Assembly: GCF_001194135.2 (NCBI RefSeq) | Contig: NC_068987.1 | Span: 47,562,122-47,626,121, forward strand | Length of the DNA stretch: 64,000 bases | DNA from: Octopus bimaculoides | Lineage: Eukaryota | Direction of reading: 5' to 3' | Shown: in pieces, positions 1-10,259 of the stretch | How positions within the stretch are numbered: the stretch's first letter is position 1 | Layout: every line of letters starts with the position of its first letter | Notes under the pieces: model-generated | Told to the model about the DNA's origin: nothing | Database searches by the model: none | What the model saw: only the letters and a program-made list of their open reading frames with translations | Translations under genes and position numbers: made by a program

Positions 1-312
1 TCTGCTTCCCTTTTGGCTAAATAAACCTGTCGCCTAGCTTCCCTTCTGGCAAATTGGTACAATTCCCTGCTACCACCGTTCTTCCAGTCCTTCCAAGCCT
101 GTTTCTTTTGTCTAATAGCCCCATCTACCTCCTTGTTCCACCACCACGTTATTCTGGGTCGAGAGGGGACTTTACACCAGCCACAGATCTAGTCGGTGGC
201 TCTCAACAGGTTGTCCCGCAGAAATCTCCAATTGTCTTCCACGTTGTATGATGCTATATCCCCCTCTATTTCGTCAAATGCTTCAAGTAACTTGTCTCTA
301 AGTCTCTGTCCA
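1..312 (-). mobile_element. RTE-clade LINE ORF fragment (endonuclease-RT linker), degenerate, runs off the window start
   Basis: The minus-strand translation GQRLRDKLLEAFDEIEGDIASYNVEDNWRFLRDNLLRATD*ICGWCKVPSRPRITWWWNKEVDGAIRQKKQAWKDWKNGGSRELYQFARREARRQVYLAKREAE has the WWN-E-V...KK-A-K-W...Y..A...A.R.V..AK pattern of RTE ORFs, with one in-frame stop. The same family recurs at 58060-58990. Confidence 0.85.
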
Positions 313-1949
313 TCATGACTATAACCAACTTTGGGCATCCCACCACCAATACTTTAGAATCCAGCGAGTTTGACCAAAACACACGTCCTATCATAGCAGA
401 CATCAATCCAATAGACCCCTATCCACCCCCTAATGTAATCCCCCACACACATGGTCTTCCTATATATGCTCTATACCTCCATAAATGCTTCAAAGAATTT
501 AACCAAAACGAAAAAAAAAAAACACAGATGCTTATACAGCTTTTGCCCACCCCCAACACTACACATATAGTACCATGGCATATATTCCAATTCTACAAGA
601 ACACAATTCTTAACCTTTGCTCAGAGCATTTTTCATCATCTTTTTCACAACAACCACAAACTGGATGTGTCTTTTCACCTCCACCAATAGAGTGCAGTTC
701 CCATATTTTATTCCATGACTGCAGTCTCTAAAGAGTGCAGGGTTACATAATCAGTCTATTACCTAACACTCCATTGAACCCCTAGTGCGAAACTGATCAG
801 CCGTAATGGATATATATATAATGTTGTACACTTTAATTAATATATAATGTTTGGTGATGCAAACAGGGAAAATAGAACTCAAAACCTGATTATATATATG
901 TATGTATATATATATATATATATATACATATATATATTTTTTTTTTTTCTTATCAATACTTGGTAGAAGTTACAGAATGATGCCAGGGTTGAGTGTTTGA
1001 TTAGTTTCAACACATGGAACTCTCAATCCTTGCTTGAGTCATTGAGTCACTGTAAATTCTGCCATTTATTGATTTCTTATTTTTGCAAAAAGAAGAAATT
1101 TTCGGTTCATAGATAATTACATTAAACATATATTTTACATTCCTCTTAATGTTGTTTTTATCTCATAATAATTACTTCCATTGGTACAAGGCCTAATTGA
1201 TCCTCAGTACTTAGTGCCAGTGGAAAGCGAAAGACTAAGTTAACTCCACTAAACATTCACCGGAGTATTATGTAAAGGGACAGAACTCTACTATTTTTGT
1301 CCTCCAACACTCATAGTATTGAAATGCATCGGCGAAGAGGTTGCTATGTAACTAGCAAGATTAAGAACCTCTTTTACTGAATGGGACTATATTTGACTGG
1401 ACAAGTATATAACCTGACATTAGTTTCATTCTGTTATATTTTCAGTTAACCATAGTTGACTTTACCTTTTTATCCCTTTGAGGCTGGTAACATAAACACC
1501 AGTAACTGACTGCAGTCAGATTAGTTGAATATAATATATCCAGAGCTATAAATCTGTTCTAGTTAATTCTGCTGCTCTAGGTCAGCACTTGCTGAATGAT
1601 GGCTGTGATTCACATATTCATGGTTTCTGATTCGTTATATTTCTGATTGAGGATCACTCTGCATGTTCTAACACAGTAGTTAGTTGTATATTCAGTATTA
1701 GATTGGGCATGTTGAACTTTCCAATGTCCAGTCTGTTGTTTAACTTTGGTTAAGCAGACCAGTTGTCAGAGACATTCAGGTCGTGTTCACCCTGTCTTTT
1801 CATATATAGCTCATCTCAAACTACAATATTTGGTATGTCCATTCTTGTCTTTTTTTCTAAAGATGGTTGGGGTGTGATCTGAGAAATTTTTAGCTACTAG
1901 CTTAAAATTGAGGGCATCATATAATGAAATCTTAGATACTCTGTCTGAA

Positions 1950-2320
1950 AGAAGAAAAAAAAAATGGTGTTCTTGGATGAAATAACTTTGATCATAGGTT
2001 TGTTTGAGAATGGCTGACTTGGGATTAAACAACAGCTAAAACCTACTAGCTTTTAGTAAATTCCATACATTATTCTGTGGATTTGAGAAAATGTATTGCT
2101 AAAGATCAAGATGGATGTCTAAACTGTGGTTGTGTTCCTGATGTCACTGTATTGGGAAGAAGTCTAAGTACTATGCAAGAGACAAATACATTATCTTTGA
2201 CAACTTCCTAGCTTCATAAATTTTCAGAAATAATGGCATTCTTCTTAGGTGCTAACTGGACAGGATGAAATAGGATGAAACAACTGTTGCATATCTGAAG
2301 GAATTGAAAATTCTGAACTT
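1950..2320 (+). mobile_element. Possible highly decayed piggyBac-like transposase remnant
   Basis: Broken plus-strand frames give LDE...IKQQLKPTSF and KYIIFDNF, loosely matching the piggyBac DE/KQ..KP and DN motifs. Many stops. Confidence 0.3.
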
Positions 2321-2340
2321 GGTCTAGTGCATGAATAACA

Positions 2341-2512
2341 TTGGTTTCAAATTTTGGCACAAGGCCAGTAACTTCGGAGAAGTGGTTAAGTCGATTACAT
2401 TGACCCCAGTACTCAAGTCATACTTATTTTATTGACCCTGAAATGATGAAAGGTAAAGCCGACCTTGGCAGAATTTGAACTCAGAATGTAAAGATGGATG
2501 AAATGGCACTAG
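2341..2512 (-). mobile_element. tRNA-derived SINE, Meta-domain-like family (representative copy)
   Basis: Reverse complement carries ttctgagttcaaattctgccaaggtcggctttacctttcatcatttcagggtcaataaaataagta, the motif repeated in dozens of copies across the window. From memory it resembles the Meta domain shared with Sauria SINEs. Confidence 0.75.
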
Positions 2513-2653
2513 TGCAGGAAAAATATTAACAGCTTCATATGTATACTTGAGATCCTTACTGTGTGACATAAGGGTATCTCTCTCTCTCTCTCTCACACAC
2601 ATATGAAGTTCCTGAAGTAGGTGTGGATGACTGTCATTCTCACTTCACTAAAT

Positions 2654-2675
2654 CAGTGCTTCTCAACCTTTTTTT
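2654..2675 (+). mobile_element. hAT (Charlie-like) terminal inverted repeat fragment
   Basis: cagtgcttctcaacctttttt matches the CAGTGGTTCTCAACCTTTT terminus typical of hAT-Charlie elements. No partner TIR was found. Confidence 0.4.
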
Positions 2676-2871
2676 AAACTATTGCTCCCTTTCTTTTACT
2701 AATACAATTTCAATACCCTCTCTACTATGACTCAATAAAATTAAATACACCACAAAACAATGACTGTGAACAAGTTGATCACAATTAAAAGACAACTTGG
2801 AATGTCAAAACAACTTTTCAATCACTACATATTACCAAAGATTTAGCATATGGAATAAAAAAGGTATGGCT

Positions 2872-3180
2872 TTGTGATTATGAAGTTTGCTTCTCAATCA
2901 CATGATTTGGGGCTGAGTCTCACTGGGTAGCACTTTGAATAAGTGTCTTCTATAGTCCAGGGCAACCAGAGCCTTGTGAGTAGGTATTGTCAAAGGAAAC
3001 TGATACAAGCCCAGTGTGTGTGTTTGTGTATCCTTCTTGACATCATGTGATAGTTGTAAGCAAATATCACTATCATACAAATGGTATTGTCCATTTCTAG
3101 TTTTCTGTGAAACCATGTCTGACCAAGGGGGAATATTGCCGAGCTAGGAAATGAGAGTTGGCAACAGGTAGCGCCCCAAC
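2872..3180 (+). mobile_element. Degenerate CORE-type SINE with RTE-like tail
   Basis: Decayed tRNA head, then gcactttgaataagtgtcttctatagtcc...gccttgtgag, then the tail gagttggcaacagg shared with copies at 3630-3880(-), 35975-36480(+) and 43510-43900(+). Confidence 0.65.
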
Positions 3181-4116
3181 AAATTTTACCTTACTCATGC
3201 AAATATGGAAAGATGGTGATAAGGATGTATCTGTTGCTCTCTGTCCTCAGTACCCATATGTAAATTTTCACCTCTCCTTCGGGGGGGGGGGGTACAACCC
3301 ACTTGGAGAAGAACTGCACTTAATCATGGTTTCTGGTGATAGCTTTCAAAAGACTTCAAGAATCTTTTGAGTCTAGGGGTTGGATGGGAAACCAATTCGT
3401 ATAATAGGGAGACCTGCTTCAGCATCAGTTTGAACTTCTTACTTTATCTGGTTTCTTTTAAAATCCAGAAGTGAGCAAAAATTATACATCTATCACATTT
3501 GAAAATGTAATGGCCAGTAGTTTTAGATAAAGCCATTATTTCCCAGATGCCCAACAATAAATTCTATTCAGGAACATACACAATTTCTACACTGGAAAAT
3601 ATTCAAAACCAGAAGCCATTTGGAAGATGATTATTATTTAATGTTTCATGTTGGCAAGGGTTGAATGGTTTGACAGGATCTGAAGTGGCAGACTTTTTAT
3701 AGCCTGATGTCCTTCCTGTTGCCAATCTTAATCTGTTTCCAAGTAAGATAATATTTCCCCATGGCAGACATATTTTCATGAATGATTGGAATTGAAAATG
3801 CTGCTTATATGATGTGACTCACAACTATCATGCAATATCAAGACAAGGAGGTTGTGATACACCCACACATGCATACACACTATCATATCATCATTGAACA
3901 TCTGTTTTGTGTTGGCATGGGTTGGATAGTTTGACATGGTTTGATGTGTCAAAGGACTGCATTGTACTTCAGTGTCTACTGTGGCATGGTTTCAATGGCT
4001 GGATGTCCTTCCTAATGCCAGCAACTTTACATGTACTAGGGTTTTGTGTGTGTGCGTGTGTACCACCAGCACTAGTGAAATTTCTATGCAGCTTGCAAGA
4101 CTACAAAACCTGAGTT

Positions 4117-4371
4117 GTGGCATGTGGAGTTGAACTTTGTTATTACTTTAAGGATTGTGTTCTGATGAGGAAATATAGGCCGCCCCATTCCTGTGGGTAT
4201 GAATGGAAATTGTATCATCAAATTGTAGTACCAAAATTGTTACGAAACCATGTACTTTCATTAGCACATGAAAGTCCCATGGTAGGTCATTTAGATGTAA
4301 ACAAAACTTGTGAGAAAATTTTGGCACATTTCTTTTGGCTTAGTTTGAGACAAATTTTACATCATCAATGA
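4117..4371 (+). pseudogene. Gypsy/Ty3 LTR-retrotransposon pol fragment (integrase N-terminal zinc-binding region)
   Basis: YYFKDCVLMRKYRPP...EW..YHQIVVPK..RNHVLSLAHESPMVGHLDVNKTCEKILAHFFW matches the Gypsy QIVVP...VL.LAH..P.AGHLG..KT..RI...F.W integrase H2C2 motif. Isolated, with no LTRs. Confidence 0.85.
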
Positions 4372-4433
4372 CCCTGCATAGATTGCAAATTAAAATATAG
4401 GAATACAAATAGGACACAGTGAAAATAAACATA

Positions 4434-4882
4434 GGCGCAGGAGTGGCTGTGTGGTAAGTAACTTGCTTACCAACCACATGGTTCCAGGTTCAGTCCCACT
4501 GCGTGGCACCTTGGGCAAGTGTCTTNNNNNNNNNNGGTTCAGTCCCACTGCGTGGCACCTTGGGCAAGTGTCTTCTACTATAGCCTCGGGCCAACCAAAG
4601 CCTTGTGAATGGATTTGGTAGACGGAAACTGAAACAATCCTGTTGTATATATTTATCTATATATATATATGTATGTGTGTTTGTGTGTCTGTGTTTGTCC
4701 CCCCACCATTGCTTAACAACCGATGGTGGTGTGTTTACATCCCCGTGACTTAGCGGTTCAGCAAAAGAGACCGATAGAATAAGTACTAGGCTTCCAAAGA
4801 ATAAGTCCTGGGGCTGATTTGCTCGACTAAAGGCGGTGCTCCAGCATGGCCGCAGTCAAATGACTGAAACAAGTAAAAGAGT
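4434..4882 (+). mobile_element. Young full-length CORE-type tRNA SINE (octopus OR2-like)
   Basis: Head ggcgcaggagtggctgtgtggtaag...ggttcagtccc, CORE-like ggcaccttgggcaagtgtctt, internal (TA)n/(TG)n, tail ccagcatggccgcagtcaaatgactgaaacaagtaaaaga. Interrupted by a 10-N gap with a duplicated overlap. Confidence 0.85.
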
Positions 4883-6171
4883 AAATGTGCAGGTAACAAA
4901 CAACTAAACTTTATAATTTTTCTCTCTATAAATTTGTTGATAATAAAACATTAAGAACACAAAGAAATGTTCTTCATTATCAAGTACCAACCACATCTGA
5001 ATTCCTATCGAAGAGAAAGGGAGACAACAACAACCACCATCAATACTTCAACCCTTACTGGGGACACCAGAACTATTACTAGGTTATAGATGGACAATTG
5101 CTATAAACCAACACCACCACTTCTACCAGCTAGATGAATGACTACTATAAGCCACAGGGAATATTAGCTATTGCAGCTACTTCTACTACTACTACTGTCC
5201 TTCCTCCCACCACCAACAAATCTATCTCCATTAATTTTATTAACTGGCTATCACTGTCAACTAGCAACAATCAAAAGGAAATGAAATACAGCACCATTAA
5301 TTTTTATAAAAAGAATATGTAAAATTCCAGAACTGATATTATGAAAATTTGATTCAATTTATTTCATTTTTTTTTTTCCGTTTTATTTTAGCATGAAGAA
5401 GTCATCTTAAATGACTGAAACTGGAGGCTGCTTAGCTAAAAATGTGCATGTCTTCCTGTTTTCCATGATAAACTTCTCTAAGTATTTTCTTCTTCATATT
5501 TCTTCAATCTATATTTACTTGTGTGTCACCTCTTAACCTTTTTATATATGTGTGTGTGTGTGTGTGTGTTTGGGCCTGTCCCTGCACCACTCAACAACCT
5601 GTGTTAGTTTGTTTATTTCCTCGTAACTTAGTGATTTGCAAAAGAGACTGATAGTGCTAGACTTTAGAATGGACTACTAGGGTTGATTTGTTTGACTAAA
5701 TCCCTTTAAGCTGTGCTCCAGCATGACTGCAGTTCAATGACTGAAGCAAGTAAAAGATTATGGCTGCCAAATCTATTTCTGAATGTGCTTTACTATTTTA
5801 AAGAAAAGGAAAAAAACTTTGGAGAGTGTAGTTATAGATATGCCAACAGATGAGATGATCATAAATGGAATGTCTCTGATCATAACCTGCTCAATCCGGG
5901 CTAATTTGGGGATATACAACAAATACAAAAAATATATGAAAATTTTTGTTCAAAACATATATAGAAAACCAAAAATTAGTTTTATAAGAGATTAAAATTT
6001 TTTATTTTTGTTTAACTAGTAAAAAAAATACTGATTCAAACATTTAAAAAAATAAATTATTCAATTTAAAATAATTTAAAATAGCAGAAAATAAAAAATA
6101 CTTATAAAATTTTTTGAATTTCTCTATTTCATGGCAAGGCAAGAGACTGTATCATGTTTGGAGAATATCAT

Positions 6172-6304
6172 GTCATCATCATCATTTATTATCCATGTTC
6201 CATGCTGGAATGGGTTGGCTGGTTTGATAGGATCAGACAGGTCCAGGGACTGCATCGGGCTCCTCTGTTTATTTTGATATGGTTTTTAAGGCTGGATGCC
6301 CTTC
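6172..6304 (-). mobile_element. RTE-tail SINE/LINE 3' fragment directly downstream of the ZNF stop
   Basis: Minus strand gaagggcatccagc...aaccagccaacccattccagcatggaacatggataataaatgatgatgatga. The same tail occurs at 8055-8280, 37318-37560, 38781-38960 and 42043-42230. Confidence 0.75.
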
Positions 6305-6316
6305 ATATGTGAATTA

Positions 6317-7240
6317 TCATAAGGGGGCATTATTGTGTGTCCGAAGATGTGTGTTCAATGTTGACTTCCTGGAGAAGTTGTTTCCACAAATTTCACAGTG
6401 GAATGGTCTTTCCCCCGTGTGTCGCAGGCCATGTCTTTTCAAAGTAGATCTATCTGCAAAATTCTGACCACATATTTCACAACTGAAAGGTTTTTCACCT
6501 GTGTGAACTCTGAGATGTCCAGTCAGAGAATCACTTGACACAAACCCTTTTCCACAAACAACACACTGAAATGGTTTCTCTCCAGTGTGAATTCTTCTGT
6601 GTCGACTCAATGTTGACCGTTCACCGAAGTTCCTCTCACAGATATCACAGGAGTATGGTTTTTCTCCTGTGTGCGTTTTTAAGTGGTTGGTTAAATCACT
6701 TTTACGAGAAAACCCTTTGTTACAAATGTCACATTGATATGGTCTCTCCCCAGTGTGGATCCGAAGATGACTGTTTAATTCACTCATATAAAAGAAACCC
6801 TTTTTACAGACCTGACATTTTAATGGTTTTTCTCTATCTGTAGACTTTTTGCGTTTTTTATCATTTTCATGGTGAGGTGTCACTTCACCAGTGTGAATTT
6901 TAATATGTTCTTTTAAACAATAACTTCTGGAAAATAGTTTATCACAAGTCATGCATTGGAAAGGTTTCTCACCGGTGTGTATTGCCATATGATTTACTAA
7001 AGTACTGTTGTAACCAAAGTTTTCTCCACATATTTCACAGCTATAAGGTTTCTCATTGGTGTGGACCCTCATGTGCCTCTTGTAATTAGAGTTGTTGTTG
7101 AAGCTTTTATCACATATTTCACAATTATATGGTTTCTCTCCTGTGTGGATCCTCATGTGATTTACCAAATCTCCTTTTTGTAGAAAGGATTTCTCACAAA
7201 CGTTACATGCATAGGGCTGCACTGTTACTTGATTTTGCAT
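6317..7240 (-). CDS. C2H2 zinc-finger protein, 10 tandem fingers (4+6), no KRAB, ~307 aa, single coding exon
   Basis: Intact ORF with 10 CX2CX12HX3H fingers and TGEKP/TGERP linkers, plus a KKRKK spacer between fingers 4 and 5. First ATG at 7240 ([12 protein letters not shown]...), TGA at 6319-6317, splice acceptor upstream at 7364. Typical of the expanded cephalopod C2H2 family. Confidence 0.95.
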   Translation of the reverse strand: MQNQVTVQPYACNVCEKSFLQKGDLVNHMRIHTGEKPYNCEICDKSFNNNSNYKRHMRVHTNEKPYSCEICGENFGYNSTLVNHMAIHTGEKPFQCMTCDKLFSRSYCLKEHIKIHTGEVTPHHENDKKRKKSTDREKPLKCQVCKKGFFYMSELNSHLRIHTGERPYQCDICNKGFSRKSDLTNHLKTHTGEKPYSCDICERNFGERSTLSRHRRIHTGEKPFQCVVCGKGFVSSDSLTGHLRVHTGEKPFSCEICGQNFADRSTLKRHGLRHTGERPFHCEICGNNFSRKSTLNTHLRTHNNAPL

Positions 7241-7363
7241 TTTATACAACACTCGACATAGTGATACATACAAGACTTGTTATTGCTCAAAGGATGATAG
7301 CATTATCCAAAGTAGTGCAATGTCTAAGACTTTAAATTGTTCTGCAATTGAGTTAAAGACAAC

Positions 7364-7385
7364 CTGAAATTAAATAAAAAGGAAA
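7364..7385 (-). promoter_or_regulatory. Splice acceptor of the ZNF coding exon
   Basis: Minus strand tttttatttaatttcAG|gttgtc, so the exon would start at 7363 with about 123 nt of 5' UTR before the ATG. Confidence 0.7.
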
Positions 7386-7574
7386 TGTTTGATTACAAAT
7401 TACAAGAAGTCTCTCCCCTCATCTTTCAATGAATTGTTTTATTGCTTAGTCACAGGAGGAATGCCTGAACTTAGGATCTTTTCAGAGCCTCATAGACAGG
7501 TGAAAGAAAGCTATTCTCAACCTGGAAACCAGCAACAGAATGGACCCAGTCAATAGTACCAAAGATGTCAGGTG

Positions 7575-7895
7575 GTAGTGTTCAAGAGTGAAGGACCCCC
7601 TTCAGTCCTGAATGACTATGAGATTGAACCTAGAAAGTTCCCCTCCATGGTACAAGTCCATGCAAATTTGTGTATGGAAGACCAGCAGTTGCCCATGCAT
7701 ACCAGTTTCTCCTCTCCACACCACCAATGTTAACCAAGTGAAAGGCAAAGGCCACCAGTGACGCCGCAACTCATTTTCATTTCTGCAGCTGAGTGAACTG
7801 GAGCAACATGATATAAAGTGTCTTAATCAATTATACAACACACAGTGTGGTCCAGGATTTGAACTCACTACCTCATGATTGTGAGCCCGATGAAA
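7575..7895 (-). mobile_element. CORE-SINE, second family, minus copy
   Basis: Reverse complement of the 8838-9146 copy (cagctgagtgaactggagcaac...aaagtgtctt; gaaagttcccctcc...gaagaccagcag). Confidence 0.75.
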
Positions 7896-8328
7896 CAGGA
7901 ACCTAAACATTACCGATTTACTACTGCACTCACTGTTGGAGGTATACAACTCGTGTAACTATGCAATTAATTCCAACTATGGATTTACTGATACCTGAGT
8001 GAATGTTAACACCTCAAAGGACAAATCAGTCTCTCTTTCTATGAATATATGTGTCATCATCATCATTTAGCATCTGCTTTCCATGCTAGCATGGATTAGA
8101 TGGTTTGACTGGAACTGGGAAGCTGGAGGACTGCACCAGGCACCAGTTTGTTTTGACTTAGTTTCTATGTCTGGATGCCCTTCCTAATGCCAGCCATTCC
8201 ACAGAGTGTACTAAGTGCCTTATGTGAGTCACCGGTATGGATGCCTCTAATGTGTCATCAGCATGGGTGCCTGTGGTTAATAATATATAAGGGAAAGAGG
8301 GCATATATAAAATGACAAATGGTAGCCC

Positions 8329-8543
8329 TAAACCTTCCTGAGACCATTCCTAGTTCTGTGATACAAACTTTCTGTGTTAAAGTGATCTAAATTAAAGCCT
8401 TTCATAAAAACGTTATACTAATTCATGTCTCAAATGCCAACTTAATTATGACAATGTTATTTTACTAAAATTTTCATTACTATCTAAATTAATAGAAACA
8501 GTGGTTATGTATTTCAACAGAAATATGGCAACAAAAGGGTTAA
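8329..8543. mobile_element. TTAA-flanked piggyBac-type MITE
   Basis: Ends taaaccttcctgagacc ... ggcaacaaaagggttaa. The internal sequence recurs at 23200-23250, 28771-28930, 39310-39450 and 56380-56630. Confidence 0.5.
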
Positions 8544-8837
8544 GTAGGGCCTGGCAGTGAAGTTACAGTGAAGGTGCCTGAACTGATTGAAGGCAATTAG
8601 CTGATAGAGTTTGGTACAGCCTTCCAGCTTGCCAGCCCTGGTCAAACTGTCCAACCCATGTCAGCATGGACAACAGACTTTAAATGATGATGATGATGAT
8701 GATGATGATGATATAAATGGAGTATAGAAGCTTACATAGCTGAGAGATACCATCCACCACTACACAAATAATAATGATTACAATTAACTCTGATGCATGT
8801 CTTTGAATTTGTGAAGCTGTTTAGCTATTGATAACGA

Positions 8838-9146
8838 AGGTGCATGGCTCAGTGGTTAGTGTTGGGCTCACACCCACAAGGTAGTGAGTTCGGTTCCTGG
8901 ACTGGGCAGTGTGTTGAGCAAGACACTTTATTTCACATTGCTCTAGTTCACTGAGCAGTAGAAATGAGTTGTGATGTGCCAAGCTATATCAGCCTTTGCC
9001 TTGGATAACAATGGTGGCATGGAGAGGGGGGGGCCTGGTATGCATGGGTGACTGCTAGTCTTCCATAAACGACCAATCCCATAATTGCATCTCGGAGGGT
9101 AACTTTCTAGGTGCAATCCCATGGTCATTCATGACCAAAGGCAGTC
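8838..9146 (+). mobile_element. CORE-SINE, second family, plus copy
   Basis: tRNA head aggtgcatggctcagtggttag...gagttcggttcc, then CORE ttgagcaagacactttatttcacattgctctagttcactgagcagtagaaatgagttg. Confidence 0.8.
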
Positions 9147-9539
9147 TTTACTATTTACCCTTTACACAAGATAGTACTACTTACTGTATTTCCCAGATTA
9201 CAAGACGAATTTTTCAGACGAAAATTTACAGCAAAAACAAAACAAAAGAAAGGTAGGTCAACTTATATACCAAAATGACACTGGAAGACAAAAATTCTTT
9301 GTGAAATGCAATAGAATTTGGGAAGATAGTGACGATGTCTGAATGTTTACACATGTTTAAACTTTATACTATGTTGACTTGTATGCTGGAAAATACAGTG
9401 GTCAGGTTTTTGAGTGAGTTTCTATGTTCACTTGTACAAACAACCAGTTATAAAAGCCAAGACTCTATGTAAGCTTAAAAGGGGGAACAAATATATTGTG
9501 AAATTAATTCTAAAGCCATATCCCTGGGAAAAGAATGGT

Positions 9540-9670
9540 GCATAGGTAGTTATGGTAACTCAAAGTACATGTGTGGTATAGTAGTGGAGTGTAGTCATGG
9601 TGACTAAAATACATGTATGGCATAGTAGTGTAGTCATAGTAACTAGAATAAATGTATAGTATAGTAGTTA
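9540..9670 (+). repeat. Degenerate ~35-45 bp minisatellite (3-4 units)
   Basis: Units tagttatggtaactcaaagtacatgtgtggtatagtagtggagtg / tagtcatggtgactaaaatacatgtatggcatagtagtg / tagtcatagtaactagaataaatgtatagtatag. Confidence 0.7.
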
Positions 9671-9704
9671 TGGGTGGAGGCGCAATGGCCCAGTAGTTAT
9701 GGGT

Positions 9705-10005
9705 GGAGGCGCAATGGCCCAGTGGTTAGGGCAGCGGACACGCGGTCGGAGGATTGTGGTTTCGATTCCCAGACCGGGCTTTGTGAGTGTTTATTGAGCG
9801 AAAACACATAAGCTCCACGAGGCTCCGGCAGGGGGTGGTGGCGACCCTTGTTGTACTCTTTCTCTCATTATTTCTTCCTGTTTCTTGAGTAACGCTGCGA
9901 TGGACTGGCGTCCCGTCCAGCTGAGGGACATACGCCATAGAAACCGGGAATCCGGGCCCATGAGCCTGGCTAGGCTTTGAAAGGATGCAAAAACAAAAAA
10001 AAAAA
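9705..10005 (+). mobile_element. Young tRNA-derived SINE with V-domain-like motif, poly(A) tail and TSD
   Basis: A box tggcccagtgg, B box ggtttcgattcc, motif ctgcgatggactggcgtcccgtccag (V-SINE-like), A-rich tail. agtagttat is repeated at 9692-9700 and 10006-10014. Confidence 0.85.
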
Positions 10006-10055
10006 AGTAGTTATAGAACCTAGTGTACAAGCAAATCCTTTTACATAGGCAAAAC

Positions 10056-10187
10056 GGTAAATTTTCAGATTAACACCTGCACGATTTTCACTAGGGTGTT
10101 AGGGTTAGGGACGGAATTCCCTAACCATAAAACCCTAACCCTAACACCTTAGTGAAAATCGTGCAGGTGTTAATCTGAAAATTTACC
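10056..10187. mobile_element. 132-bp hairpin MITE with 55-bp TIRs containing TTAGGG repeats; 8-bp TSD
   Basis: Arms 10056-10110 and 10133-10187 are reverse complements with one mismatch (10094/10149). TSD ggcaaaac at 10048-10055 and 10188-10195. Termini GGTAAA...TTTACC. Confidence 0.9.
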
Positions 10188-10259
10188 GGCAAAACAAGGA
10201 GAAAATAGTACTTGTCTACCAATGGTAGAGCAAGGTATAGTATTTTGACAGTGAAAAAT

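Noticed and set aside
315-731. 138-aa plus-strand ORF
   Set aside because: No recognisable motif. It lies in skewed C/A-rich sequence abutting a LINE fragment and is possibly gag-like TE debris, but that is unsupported.
1335-1375. Nested hairpin aagaggtt...gcta/tagc...aacctctt
   Set aside because: Short, with no snoRNA or other motif recognised.
4487-4574. 39-bp direct repeat flanking a 10-N gap inside a SINE
   Set aside because: An unmerged contig overlap, not biology. The ctcacat(at)n on both sides of the 53458-53493 gap is the same artefact.
6279-7335. Plus-strand ORFs overlapping the ZNF
   Set aside because: Antisense shadows of the zinc-finger CDS.
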